Below are positions 10,369 through 19,398 of a stretch of DNA of 32,000 bases, one piece after another. Under the pieces are notes generated by a model. It was not told the origin of the DNA. It did not search any database and saw only the letters and a program-made list of their open reading frames with translations. Origin of the DNA: Candidatus Iainarchaeum sp. (GTDB taxonomy: Archaea; Iainarchaeota; Iainarchaeia; Iainarchaeales; CSSED10-239); contig JAQVTI010000001.1 in NCBI GenBank assembly GCA_028700115.1, positions 161,139 through 193,138 on the forward strand, read 5' to 3'. How positions within the stretch are numbered: position 1 is the stretch's first letter; every line of letters starts with the position of its first letter. Made by a program: the position numbers and the translations under genes.

Positions 10369-13248
10369 CTATCTCCTTCCACCACTAACTGCATCTTCTA
10401 TTGTCCAATTAAAATTATTTATAATATAGTCTTTTGCAGTAAGTCCATCTCCAGAAGGAGTACTATTTCCTGCATCAAAAGATACATTTGATTGTAAAGG
10501 CAATTTACTCCAACTAATTAATAAAGAATTATAATTTGAAGAAGATAAAGAAGTAATTGAAAACATATTTCCCATATCTGTTACATTAGAAACATTCCAA
10601 GAAGCTAAATTTTGATCGAAAACCTCATTATTACAAAACATATAATACATATTATTTACATTTGAAACATCCCAATTATTTAAAGGTTGATTAAATGAAC
10701 TTGCACCATTAAACATATCACTCATATCAGTTACATTTGAAACATCCCAATTATTTAAAGGTTGATTAAAAGCACGCACCCTACAAAATACACCACTCAT
10801 ATCTGTTATTGAAGATGTATTCCAATCATTTATATAACTATTAAAATCAGTATTATTTGTAAACATACCTTTTATTGAAGTTATATTAGATAAATCCCAA
10901 TAATTAATATTAGGTATACCAGTCAAATATCCTCCACAACCTTCAAACATATATTCTAAAGAAGTTGTTCTATTTAATTTTAAAATATCTTCAGCTGTAA
11001 CACTTAAATTAGAACAACCTCTAAATTGTGAATCTGTAACTCCAAGATCAAGATTACCCCATTTTGAAATATCACTAATTTTTAATCTATCTCCAGAATC
11101 ATTAAAAGACCAACCTTCTAATTCTCCAAAAATATTTAAATCATACACTCCATAAGAATCATAAGTATGAGGTAAATCCGAATCATCCCAAGAAGTTATT
11201 TGTGAAGTTGTTCCATCATCCCATTCTACAGTGAAATCATAATTACCATCAGAAACTAAAGGTAACATAATTTGATTATATTCACTAGATCCAGTAGAAG
11301 TTTTTGTAGTATCCCAAGTTGAAATAAAATAATTACTTTCACAATCTGTTGGACAACTATCTGAATTTTCTGAAGAATATGAACAAATACCATCTCCACA
11401 ACTTCCACAATCTGCATAACAAGAACTTACAGTTTCATAAACAGTACAGAAACCATCTCCACAAACACTACAATCTTGAGGACATGTATCTAAATTTTCA
11501 TCAGAAGAAGTACAAATTCCATCTCCACAACTACCACAATCTATATAACAAGTATCTATATTTTCATCCCCATTACAAGATTCATCTCCACATTCAGGAG
11601 GACCTGGAACAATACCTAAATCTTCTAGATACCAACCTAAATCATTTACTAAATAATTATAAGCATCATCTGCTTCTGCAGTATGATATAGATTAATATT
11701 ACTAACACCAACACCTAAAGCAATATTAGGATTATCAGCCCAATCAATTAATGTATTTGAATAATTTTCTACAGACATAGATGTAGGTATATTATAATCA
11801 ACATCAGATAAAAAACCATATAAACAATCCATATTTGCTAAATTCCAATCGCCTATATCTTGATCAAAACTAGATCCTTCAAATAAAGCTACAGCAGCAT
11901 ATAAATTTGAAACATCCCAACTTGAAATATCTTGATTAAAATCTGAAAAAAAGAAAGTATATCTCACCTTTTCAACATTTGAAACATCCCAAGAAGAAAT
12001 ATCTTGATTAAAAGGAACTTTTCTAACAGAAGAAAAATCAACAAGTTCAGATAACCATTCAGGATATTCAAATAACAAACTAATCTGTGTTTTTCCAAAT
12101 GTATTTGATAAATCTAAAATATTAGAAGTATCCCAATTTTCTATATTTGGAATATCTACTAAAGAAAAACAATCTGCAAATGAAGCGGTTAAATAAGTTG
12201 TATTTTCTAAAATATCTAAACTATCTTCAGCAGTAATTGTTAAATTTTCACAACCAGTAAAATGCCCATATGAATTTGAATCAATAGAATCTAATTTTAA
12301 TGGTCCCCAATTAGATATATTTAATATTTTTAATCTATCTTTACTTAAATGAACATTATCATAAATACAAAAATCCAAACCATTTATTTCTTCAAAATTA
12401 TAATCAGCAAAAGACCAGCCTTCTATTGTTCCATTAATATTTATTTCGTATTCTCCAGATAAAGAATAAGTATGTAATTTATCAGAATCATCATATGAAG
12501 TTATTTCTGAAGTAGTCCCATCTCCCCAATCTACAGTAAAATCATAATTACCATTTGGAACTAATGGAAGCTCTATTTGGTCATCATCACTTGAATAACC
12601 ATATTCTATTAAACTTTCCATTTCAAAATCCATATAGTAATTTATAGATGTATTATTTGTATCCCATGTAGAAGTAAAATAATTAATATGACAATCATCA
12701 TAACAAGTTTCTTCAGTTTCAGAACCATTACAAGTTCCATCTCCACAATAAGGTGCATTATCACATGAAACAAGACTTGCTCCTAAATAACTTACAGGAA
12801 TAGAAATATATTTACCATCATTAGTTTTTAATTCTAAAATAAATTCTTTTGAAGGAATACATATTATATCTAATTGATTACTTCTATTTGGATTAATAAC
12901 TAAAGGAGTTTCTAAAGTATATTCTGTGTTTATAAAATTTGTATTTTCTGCGGTTGTAGAAATTAATTTATATGCAACAACATTTAAATCTTTATTAAAA
13001 TTGTTATTTTCTAAAACAACTTTAGAATAATCCCCAGACATACTTTCATAAACACTTAAACATTTTATAAACCCATCTAAATCTGATTTATCATAAGTAA
13101 CTACAGAAGATTCATCTAGATTAGATATAGTAAAATCTTTTGAAAAAGAAACAATTCCTGCAATTAAAACAACTGAAACTAAAACAATTAAAACAGTTGC
13201 AATTAATGGAGAAATTGCTTTTTTATTAAAAATATATTTTGAATTCAT
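10369..13248 (-). CDS. Large surface protein with archaeal pilin/archaellin-type N-terminus, CGDGxC repeats and DUF285/BspA-like repeats
   Basis: N-terminus NKKAISPLIATVLIVLVSVVLIAGIVSF; five CGD(G/E)xC...xC modules; many DISSWDVSNV / NWDVSNVTDMSDMFNGASSFNQPLNNWDVSNV repeats. Confidence 0.88.
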   Translation of the reverse strand: MNSKYIFNKKAISPLIATVLIVLVSVVLIAGIVSFSKDFTISNLDESSVVTYDKSDLDGFIKCLSVYESMSGDYSKVVLENNNFNKDLNVVAYKLISTTAENTNFINTEYTLETPLVINPNRSNQLDIICIPSKEFILELKTNDGKYISIPVSYLGASLVSCDNAPYCGDGTCNGSETEETCYDDCHINYFTSTWDTNNTSINYYMDFEMESLIEYGYSSDDDQIELPLVPNGNYDFTVDWGDGTTSEITSYDDSDKLHTYSLSGEYEININGTIEGWSFADYNFEEINGLDFCIYDNVHLSKDRLKILNISNWGPLKLDSIDSNSYGHFTGCENLTITAEDSLDILENTTYLTASFADCFSLVDIPNIENWDTSNILDLSNTFGKTQISLLFEYPEWLSELVDFSSVRKVPFNQDISSWDVSNVEKVRYTFFFSDFNQDISSWDVSNLYAAVALFEGSSFDQDIGDWNLANMDCLYGFLSDVDYNIPTSMSVENYSNTLIDWADNPNIALGVGVSNINLYHTAEADDAYNYLVNDLGWYLEDLGIVPGPPECGDESCNGDENIDTCYIDCGSCGDGICTSSDENLDTCPQDCSVCGDGFCTVYETVSSCYADCGSCGDGICSYSSENSDSCPTDCESNYFISTWDTTKTSTGSSEYNQIMLPLVSDGNYDFTVEWDDGTTSQITSWDDSDLPHTYDSYGVYDLNIFGELEGWSFNDSGDRLKISDISKWGNLDLGVTDSQFRGCSNLSVTAEDILKLNRTTSLEYMFEGCGGYLTGIPNINYWDLSNITSIKGMFTNNTDFNSYINDWNTSSITDMSGVFCRVRAFNQPLNNWDVSNVTDMSDMFNGASSFNQPLNNWDVSNVNNMYYMFCNNEVFDQNLASWNVSNVTDMGNMFSITSLSSSNYNSLLISWSKLPLQSNVSFDAGNSTPSGDGLTAKDYIINNFNWTIEDAVSGGRR

Positions 13249-13348
13249 ATTATTATATACATAGATTTTATTTAAAAAGATTTAGTTAAACCTTTTATTG
13301 CCAAACAAATTTTTATAAATAAATAAAATAAATTACTATAAAAAAAGG

Positions 13349-13629
13349 AAAGAAAACTATTTCTTTCCTGTTATATGGTTTAACTCTTGTTTTAATTTAA
13401 AAATCATATCAGCATAACCATGAGTCATATCAACTATTGTAAATAAACTTTCTTGAAGATCAGAAATTGGAACATTTAGTTTCTCTGGTTTAATTACATC
13501 TATTGAAGTTACACCATAGTAATAAACTAATCTAAATAAAGACTGTAAATCCTTACAAGAAACTTCAGCTTCAATATATGTTGAAAACAAACCATCATGA
13601 ACTACAATTTCTGCAATCTTTGATTCATA
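13349..13629. repeat. Left copy of ~281-bp direct repeat flanking the second AbiE-like module
   Basis: Aligns without gaps to 15411-15691 with about 8 mismatches. Confidence 0.93.
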
Positions 13630-13665
13630 CAATATAGATTTAACTAATTTTTTAGAAAATATCAA
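13357..13665 (-). pseudogene. Truncated C-terminal duplicate of the 217-aa protein at 15419-16072
   Basis: YESKIAEIVVHDGLFSTYIEAEVSCKDLQSLFRLVYYYGVTSIDVIKPEKLN...TGKK is nearly identical to the C-terminal half of the intact paralogue. Confidence 0.85.
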
Positions 13666-13704
13666 CTATTGTTTTTAATTAACATTTTATAAAATAAGAT
13701 AAAT

Positions 13705-14592
13705 TTATTTAATTAAAATACTTTTTTTAAGTAAATACAAATATTTATCTAAAACATCTTTTAAAATAAGATCAGATCTTAAAACCACTTCTAAAGAAGA
13801 TAAATTCACATTATTTAATTCTAATTTAGAAATATATTTAAAAAAATCATCTATTTTAAAAGCATTTTTATTATATTCTAAACTTTCATTTATTTTTAAT
13901 AAAACTAAATCTAAAAATAAAGGATCAATTTTAACTAAATCTTTACTTAAAATATACCCAATATCAAAAATATCTCTTAAAGCTAAAAAAGGTCTTGTAA
14001 CTAAAGCTCTATACTTCTCACTTAAATTTTCTCTAATGTCTATACATTCTATCTTAGAAACATCATCTAAAATAGCATCATTTAATTTATCATAAAATAA
14101 ATGATTTATAGTTTTTATTTTAGTATCTAAATAAAGTTTATGCCTAAAAGACACATCTATTTTTATTTGTTGTAAATCTTCAGATAATAAAGATTTATAT
14201 TTTGCATAAACAACTAAGTTAATAATTCTACCATTTTGAGTAATTATTTTCCAACCTTTCCCTAACTCATCACTTACTACTAACCCACATTTTAAGCATA
14301 ATTTATTTATTTCAGACCTTATTTTTTCAGATTTTAATTTTAAAGCTCTATTTGTTAAATTATTTAAATCCTCATTAAAAATAAAATCTAAATCTTCACT
14401 TAATCTATAAAATCCTAAATAACATTTATTTAAACAAGTACCACCTTTAAAAATAAGATTATCAATTTTATTATTAGAAAGTTCAATTAAAAATTTTGTT
14501 AAAAAATAATCTTTTTCTAATAATAGTGAATTAAATTTTTCTCTATTAGAAACTTCAAGTATTAAATTTTTTAAATTAACTTTATCTTCCAT
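13705..14592 (-). CDS. AbiEii-like nucleotidyltransferase toxin
   Basis: NLIFKGGTCLNKCYLGFYRLSEDLDFIFN signature; downstream YRALVTRPFLALRDIFDIGYIL. Confidence 0.9.
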   Translation of the reverse strand: MEDKVNLKNLILEVSNREKFNSLLLEKDYFLTKFLIELSNNKIDNLIFKGGTCLNKCYLGFYRLSEDLDFIFNEDLNNLTNRALKLKSEKIRSEINKLCLKCGLVVSDELGKGWKIITQNGRIINLVVYAKYKSLLSEDLQQIKIDVSFRHKLYLDTKIKTINHLFYDKLNDAILDDVSKIECIDIRENLSEKYRALVTRPFLALRDIFDIGYILSKDLVKIDPLFLDLVLLKINESLEYNKNAFKIDDFFKYISKLELNNVNLSSLEVVLRSDLILKDVLDKYLYLLKKSILIK

Positions 14593-15344
14593 TTAATATA
14601 CCTCAAATCTAAATTAGTATTTCTTATTTTTGTATAATATCTAAACTTATTTAATTTATTTAAATAATCATACAATTTTTCATTTTCTGTAATTATACCA
14701 ATTAATTTTAGTAATTTTATAGAATTTATTTTTTTTGCATATTTAATAAGTTTATTTTCATCAAATTTATCTTTATTTTTTTTAAAAATATAAATTAAAT
14801 GATCTAATGAATCAACATATTTAAAATAATTTAAAGAATCTATAATAGTTTTTTCGATATCAGAAAAAGGACATTTATTTTTAAACACACCAAATAAATT
14901 AGACTTATTTATTTTAATATAATGTATATTAAAATCTAATATTTTTTTTGTTAAATTATACTTAGTATTAAATACAAATAATTTATTAGGAATTTGAGTT
15001 ATAAAACCATATTTATTTAAAGCATTAATTAAACCAATATAATATTTGTTTGAATTTAAATAAAATTCATTAATTTCAAATTCAGAAACAACTGGCTTTC
15101 TATCTATAGAAGATACTGGAATATAAATATAATTATCTTTTTTAATAGAAATTAAATATTTCTGAAATAATAAATATTTAATAAATCTATTTGGATTGTT
15201 TGAATCTATATTTTTTATAATAATATCTAATAATTCATTTTTAGAAATAAAATGTATTTTTTTATATTCTAAAATAGAAATTAACTTCTTGGTCAAATTA
15301 TTAGAAAAGTTGGATTTATTAACCATATGTATTATTTTGACCAA
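14571..15344 (-). CDS. AbiEi-like antitoxin
   Basis: N-terminal HTH-like region, then YYIGLINALNKYGFITQIPNKLFVF...FSDIEKTIIDSLNYF; overlaps the AbiEii-like start by 22 nt. Confidence 0.78.
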   Translation of the reverse strand: MVKIIHMVNKSNFSNNLTKKLISILEYKKIHFISKNELLDIIIKNIDSNNPNRFIKYLLFQKYLISIKKDNYIYIPVSSIDRKPVVSEFEINEFYLNSNKYYIGLINALNKYGFITQIPNKLFVFNTKYNLTKKILDFNIHYIKINKSNLFGVFKNKCPFSDIEKTIIDSLNYFKYVDSLDHLIYIFKKNKDKFDENKLIKYAKKINSIKLLKLIGIITENEKLYDYLNKLNKFRYYTKIRNTNLDLRYIKWKIKLI

Positions 15345-15410
15345 AAACTATTTAAAAGATATTATTTTTAAAAATAAAGACCTATTTAGAAAAACAGAAA
15401 AAAGAAAAGA

Positions 15411-15691
15411 AAAGAAAACTATTTCTTTCCTGTTATGTAGTTTAACTCTTGTTTTAATTTAAAAATCATATCAGCATAACCATGAGTCATATCAACTATT
15501 GTAAATAAACTCTCTTGAAGATCAGAAATTGGTATGTTTAGTTTCTCTGGTCTAATTACATCTATTGAAGTTACACCATAGTAATAAACTAATCTAAATA
15601 AAGACTGTAAATCTTTACAAGAAACTTCAGCTTCAATATATGTTGAAAACAAACCATCATGAACTACAATTTCTGCAATCTTTGATTCATA
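15411..15691. repeat. Right copy of ~281-bp direct repeat
   Basis: See 13349-13629. Confidence 0.93.
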
Positions 15692-16072
15692 TACTAAAAA
15701 CTTTTTATCAGATTTTAGTCTTTCTAAAATCTTATTCATTGCATCTTCTAAAGTTGCTTTATTATCTCCTTTAGACTCAATCATAATACTTACTTTAATT
15801 AAGTTTTTATCAGATTCAGAAATTGACTTTCTTGAATCTAACTTTTCTGCAATTTCTTTTGAAATAGAATACTTTGCAGGAAAGCCTTCTCTTTTTATAA
15901 GTTTTAATACAAGCATATTTTTTAGAGTTGCAGTTAAATCTTCATAACTTGCATCTTTAAATTCTTTTTTAAGTTCTTCATCAGTTTTTGGAGACTTATA
16001 AATAGATTTTGCAATTTCTTTTCTTAAATCAAGAATTCTTTTTTGTTTGTCTACATCTACATTTTCAGTCAT
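15419..16072 (-). CDS. Conserved-looking 217-aa protein, possible N-terminal wHTH-like region, intact paralogue of the 13357-13665 fragment
   Basis: ORF; SPKTDEELKKEFKDASYEDLTATLKNMLVLKLIKREGFPAKYSIS resembles a wHTH. Confidence 0.65.
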   Translation of the reverse strand: MTENVDVDKQKRILDLRKEIAKSIYKSPKTDEELKKEFKDASYEDLTATLKNMLVLKLIKREGFPAKYSISKEIAEKLDSRKSISESDKNLIKVSIMIESKGDNKATLEDAMNKILERLKSDKKFLVYESKIAEIVVHDGLFSTYIEAEVSCKDLQSLFRLVYYYGVTSIDVIRPEKLNIPISDLQESLFTIVDMTHGYADMIFKLKQELNYITGKK

Positions 16073-16276
16073 AAATTTTCACATTTTATAATTATCTTAA
16101 ATATTTACACATCTATAAATATATATTAGTTAAGAAACATATAAAAAAGAAAGGTTACTAAGAAATTAATTTAATTAATCAATAAAATCATCTCTAGAAA
16201 GTCTTAAAACATCAAAAGATTTATTTAAAATATAAATTACCTAACAGAACATAGATTTAATAATTTAAAAAAATGA

Positions 16277-16391
16277 AAATGGATAAAAAAGAAGTAATTT
16301 ATCCATTAAAATGGATAAAAAACACTAAAAAAGCATTTAAAACCACAAAAATGGATAAAAATAAGCTTATTTATCCATTAAAATGGATAAA
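16277..16391. repeat. Array of TGGATAAA/TTTATCCA sites in two ~43-bp units with 72-bp period, upstream of an AAA ATPase
   Basis: tggataaa at 16280, 16312, 16352, 16384; inverted tttatcca at 16298 and 16370. Confidence 0.88.
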
Positions 16392-16441
16392 CTTAAAAAG
16401 ACAACTATATATAATATATATAAAACTAAAATAAGATAAAT

Positions 16442-17725
16442 ATGGATAATTATAATTATATACTTAAATCTGAAAGAAAAAAAGAAAAACTATTAGATGA
16501 AATTAAAAATTATAATGAAAGAAACATAGTTACAGAAATCAGAGAAGAAATTAAACTTTATAAAAATAAAAAAAATAAAAGAATATTCTTATTTTATGGA
16601 CTTAGAGGGATTGGAAAATCAACTGCATTATTACAAATTATAAAAGAAAATAAAGATGCAATGTATATTGATGGTACAGAAATATCTTATTATAATCTAG
16701 AACTTATAAAAGTTATAGAAGAATACAAAAAAATAAATAAATCAAATATATTAATTATAGATGAATTAAATGATATACCTAATTGGGGAAAAGCACTTAA
16801 AATATTATATGATTCTGAGAATTTAAAAATAATTGCAACAGGATCTTCGGCAATAAAAATATCACAAGAAATAAAAGAAATAATTAGAAGATCTAAAATA
16901 AAAAAACTGCAAGCTTTAAGTTTTAAAGAATTTTTAAAATTAAAATACAATATAGAATACAATATCACAAATGAAATTAAAGATATATTATTTTCAAAAA
17001 AAGAAGACGCATTTATAAAAATTAAAAATTTAAATTTAGATATACTTAAAAAAAATCAAGATATTGAAAAACATTTCAGAGAATACATATATGAAGGCAT
17101 ACCTTTAATGATTAACACAGGGGAAAAAATACAAGACATATCTCAAAATATAATTTATAAAATAATAGTAGATGATTTTAAAAATATTACAGGATTTAAT
17201 ATTAAAACTATAGATAAATCTAAAAAAATTATTAGAGCAATTGCAGAAGCAAAACCAGGACACACTTCTTTTAAAAATTTAAGTGATAACTTCGATATAT
17301 CCGCAACTACAATTTCTGAAATTATAAATGCATTTAAAATATCTGAATTAATTATAGAAACTTATGTTAATAAAAAATCAATGGCAAAATACAGAAAAGA
17401 ACCTAAAATTTTATTTAGCTCTTCAGCAATAAGATATGGATTATTATTAAATAATTTTGATGAAACAGATATTGGAACACTTAGAGAAGATGCTTTTGTT
17501 TCAAATATAATATATAGTGGATTAAATGTAAATTATATTGCAGAAAATAAAAAAACACCTGATTTTGAAATAAGTGATGACAAAAATAAAGTTATTGTAG
17601 AAATAGGTGGACAAAATAAAAAAACTAAACAGATCAAAAAAGGTTTTATAATTACAGAAAGTAATAAAATAGATATTATAAACAATGTGATATACATGCC
17701 TTTATACATGGTTTGTTTAATATAA
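16442..17725 (+). CDS. Archaeal AAA ATPase, DUF4143/PD-(D/E)XK style
   Basis: P-loop FYGLRGIGKSTALLQ, Walker B NILIIDELNDIPNW, C-terminal TPDFEISDDKNKVIVEIGGQNKKTKQI. Confidence 0.9.
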   Translation: MDNYNYILKSERKKEKLLDEIKNYNERNIVTEIREEIKLYKNKKNKRIFLFYGLRGIGKSTALLQIIKENKDAMYIDGTEISYYNLELIKVIEEYKKINKSNILIIDELNDIPNWGKALKILYDSENLKIIATGSSAIKISQEIKEIIRRSKIKKLQALSFKEFLKLKYNIEYNITNEIKDILFSKKEDAFIKIKNLNLDILKKNQDIEKHFREYIYEGIPLMINTGEKIQDISQNIIYKIIVDDFKNITGFNIKTIDKSKKIIRAIAEAKPGHTSFKNLSDNFDISATTISEIINAFKISELIIETYVNKKSMAKYRKEPKILFSSSAIRYGLLLNNFDETDIGTLREDAFVSNIIYSGLNVNYIAENKKTPDFEISDDKNKVIVEIGGQNKKTKQIKKGFIITESNKIDIINNVIYMPLYMVCLI

Positions 17726-17739
17726 ATATATGATAAAAT

Positions 17740-18048
17740 ATGGATGTAAACACAATTTCACAAGTTGCAACTACTGCAACTAGTTCAGCAATAGACACTG
17801 CTTCAAAATTTATACCAAAACCAGAATATCTAATAATTGGTTTTGCTTTGATAATTGTAACTGTAATTATAATTAAATTTTTTAAAAATGTAGTAGTAAA
17901 CAGTATAGTTGGTGTAGTTGGATTATTAATCTCAAACATTGTGTTTGGTTTAAAATTACCTTTTCTTTTAACATTACTAGTTACAGCTGTATTTGGACCT
18001 GCTGGACTTGGAACTATGCTTATTTTAAAATTCTTTGGAGTTGTTTAG
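17740..18048 (+). CDS. Small membrane protein, BofA-like
   Basis: Hydrophobic segments with NVVVNSIVGVVGLLISNIVFGLKLPFLLTLLVTAVFGPAGLGTMLILKFFGV, resembling the BofA family. Confidence 0.65.
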   Translation: MDVNTISQVATTATSSAIDTASKFIPKPEYLIIGFALIIVTVIIIKFFKNVVVNSIVGVVGLLISNIVFGLKLPFLLTLLVTAVFGPAGLGTMLILKFFGVV

Positions 18049-18058
18049 TGAGTTTTAG

Positions 18059-19351
18059 GTGAAGTTTATGAAATATAATACAGATTTACATTACCATTCA
18101 CCTTATGCAGCAGCATGCTCTAAAGACATTTCAATTCCTGTGCTTGCAAAAGAATCTAAGATAAAAGGACTAAATATTTTAACAACTGCAGATAGCTTGC
18201 ACCCTATATGGCAAAAACATATTAAAGAACATGTTATTGAAAAAAATGAAAGATTAATTTTCAAAGAAGACAAAAACTTACCTGAAGAAAAACAAACAAA
18301 TTTTATTTTAGGCTGTGAGGTTGAAAGCACAAAAAGAGTGCATCACTTATTATATTTTAGAGATTTTGAAACTTTAAACAAATTTAAAAAAGAAATATTA
18401 CCTTTCTCACAAGATATGGAAAAATACGGAGGAGGAAGACCTAGAATTTCTCTAGAACCTGACAAACTTTTAGATATTGCTATTGAAAATGATGTGTTAC
18501 TTGGTCCTGCTCATGTGTTTACTCCTTACTTTGGAATTTATTCACATTATGATACTTTAAAGGAAGCCTATGGTAGAAATTATAAAAAAATTAAATTTAT
18601 TGAACTTGGTTTATCAGCAGATACAAAAACTGCAAACACTATACCTGAACTAAAAGATATTAAGTTTTTCTCATTTTCAGACTCACACTCTCCTAAAAGC
18701 TTTAGGATTGGAAGAGAGTATGTTTCTATGGAACTTGAAAAACCTAATTATAATAGTTTAGAAAAACTATTAAATAATCATAAAAAAAATTATATTTTAG
18801 AAAATGTAGGATATAATCCTTATGAAGGAAAATATAATTCAAGTGCTTGTAAAAAATGCGCACAAATTTATACTTTAGAACAAGCAGAAGTTATAAACTG
18901 GAAATGCCAAGTATGTAAAGGAACTATTAAAAAAGGTGTAACTGATAGAGCAAAAGAAATTTCTATTATTCAAGGAAATAAAAATCTTAAAGAAATTACA
19001 AAAAGACCAAATTACAGATATTTAATTCCACTTGCTCAAGTTATACAAATTGCAATAAATCAAAAAAACATATTACACAAAACAGTTCTAGAAAAATATG
19101 ATGAATTTACTAAAAACCACACAGAAATTCAAATCATGCAAGAAGTTTCAAAAGAAGAACTTGAAAAAATTGATAAAAACATTGCAAGATACATTATAGC
19201 TTTTAGAAAAGACTTTGTAGTTTTCAGACCAGGTGGAGCTGGACACTATGGAGTGCCATATATTTGTTTTTCTAAAGAAGAAAAAATTAAAAAAGAAAAA
19301 GAAATACAAGAAGAAATAAAAGTTAAAGTCTTACAAAAAAAATTATTTTAA
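18059..19351 (+). CDS. PHP-domain nuclease, endonuclease Q-like
   Basis: TDLHYHSPYAAACSKDISIPVLAKESKIKGLNILTTADSLHP, FGIYSH, FSDSHSP and a zinc ribbon CKKC...CQVC; strong overall resemblance to EndoQ. Confidence 0.9.
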   Translation: MKFMKYNTDLHYHSPYAAACSKDISIPVLAKESKIKGLNILTTADSLHPIWQKHIKEHVIEKNERLIFKEDKNLPEEKQTNFILGCEVESTKRVHHLLYFRDFETLNKFKKEILPFSQDMEKYGGGRPRISLEPDKLLDIAIENDVLLGPAHVFTPYFGIYSHYDTLKEAYGRNYKKIKFIELGLSADTKTANTIPELKDIKFFSFSDSHSPKSFRIGREYVSMELEKPNYNSLEKLLNNHKKNYILENVGYNPYEGKYNSSACKKCAQIYTLEQAEVINWKCQVCKGTIKKGVTDRAKEISIIQGNKNLKEITKRPNYRYLIPLAQVIQIAINQKNILHKTVLEKYDEFTKNHTEIQIMQEVSKEELEKIDKNIARYIIAFRKDFVVFRPGGAGHYGVPYICFSKEEKIKKEKEIQEEIKVKVLQKKLF

Positions 19352-19398
19352 AATACACTTTTATAATAGCCATTATAATAATCACCATTATACAAAAA

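Noticed and set aside
11349-11696. Plus-strand ORF with repetitive Asn/His/Leu/Tyr composition.
   Set aside because: Antisense of the repetitive CGDGxC segment of the surface protein; the repeats explain its composition.
16277-16391. Possible mini CRISPR array.
   Set aside because: Only two ~43-bp units with internal inverted sites and no cas genes; better explained as palindromic regulatory or recombination sites.
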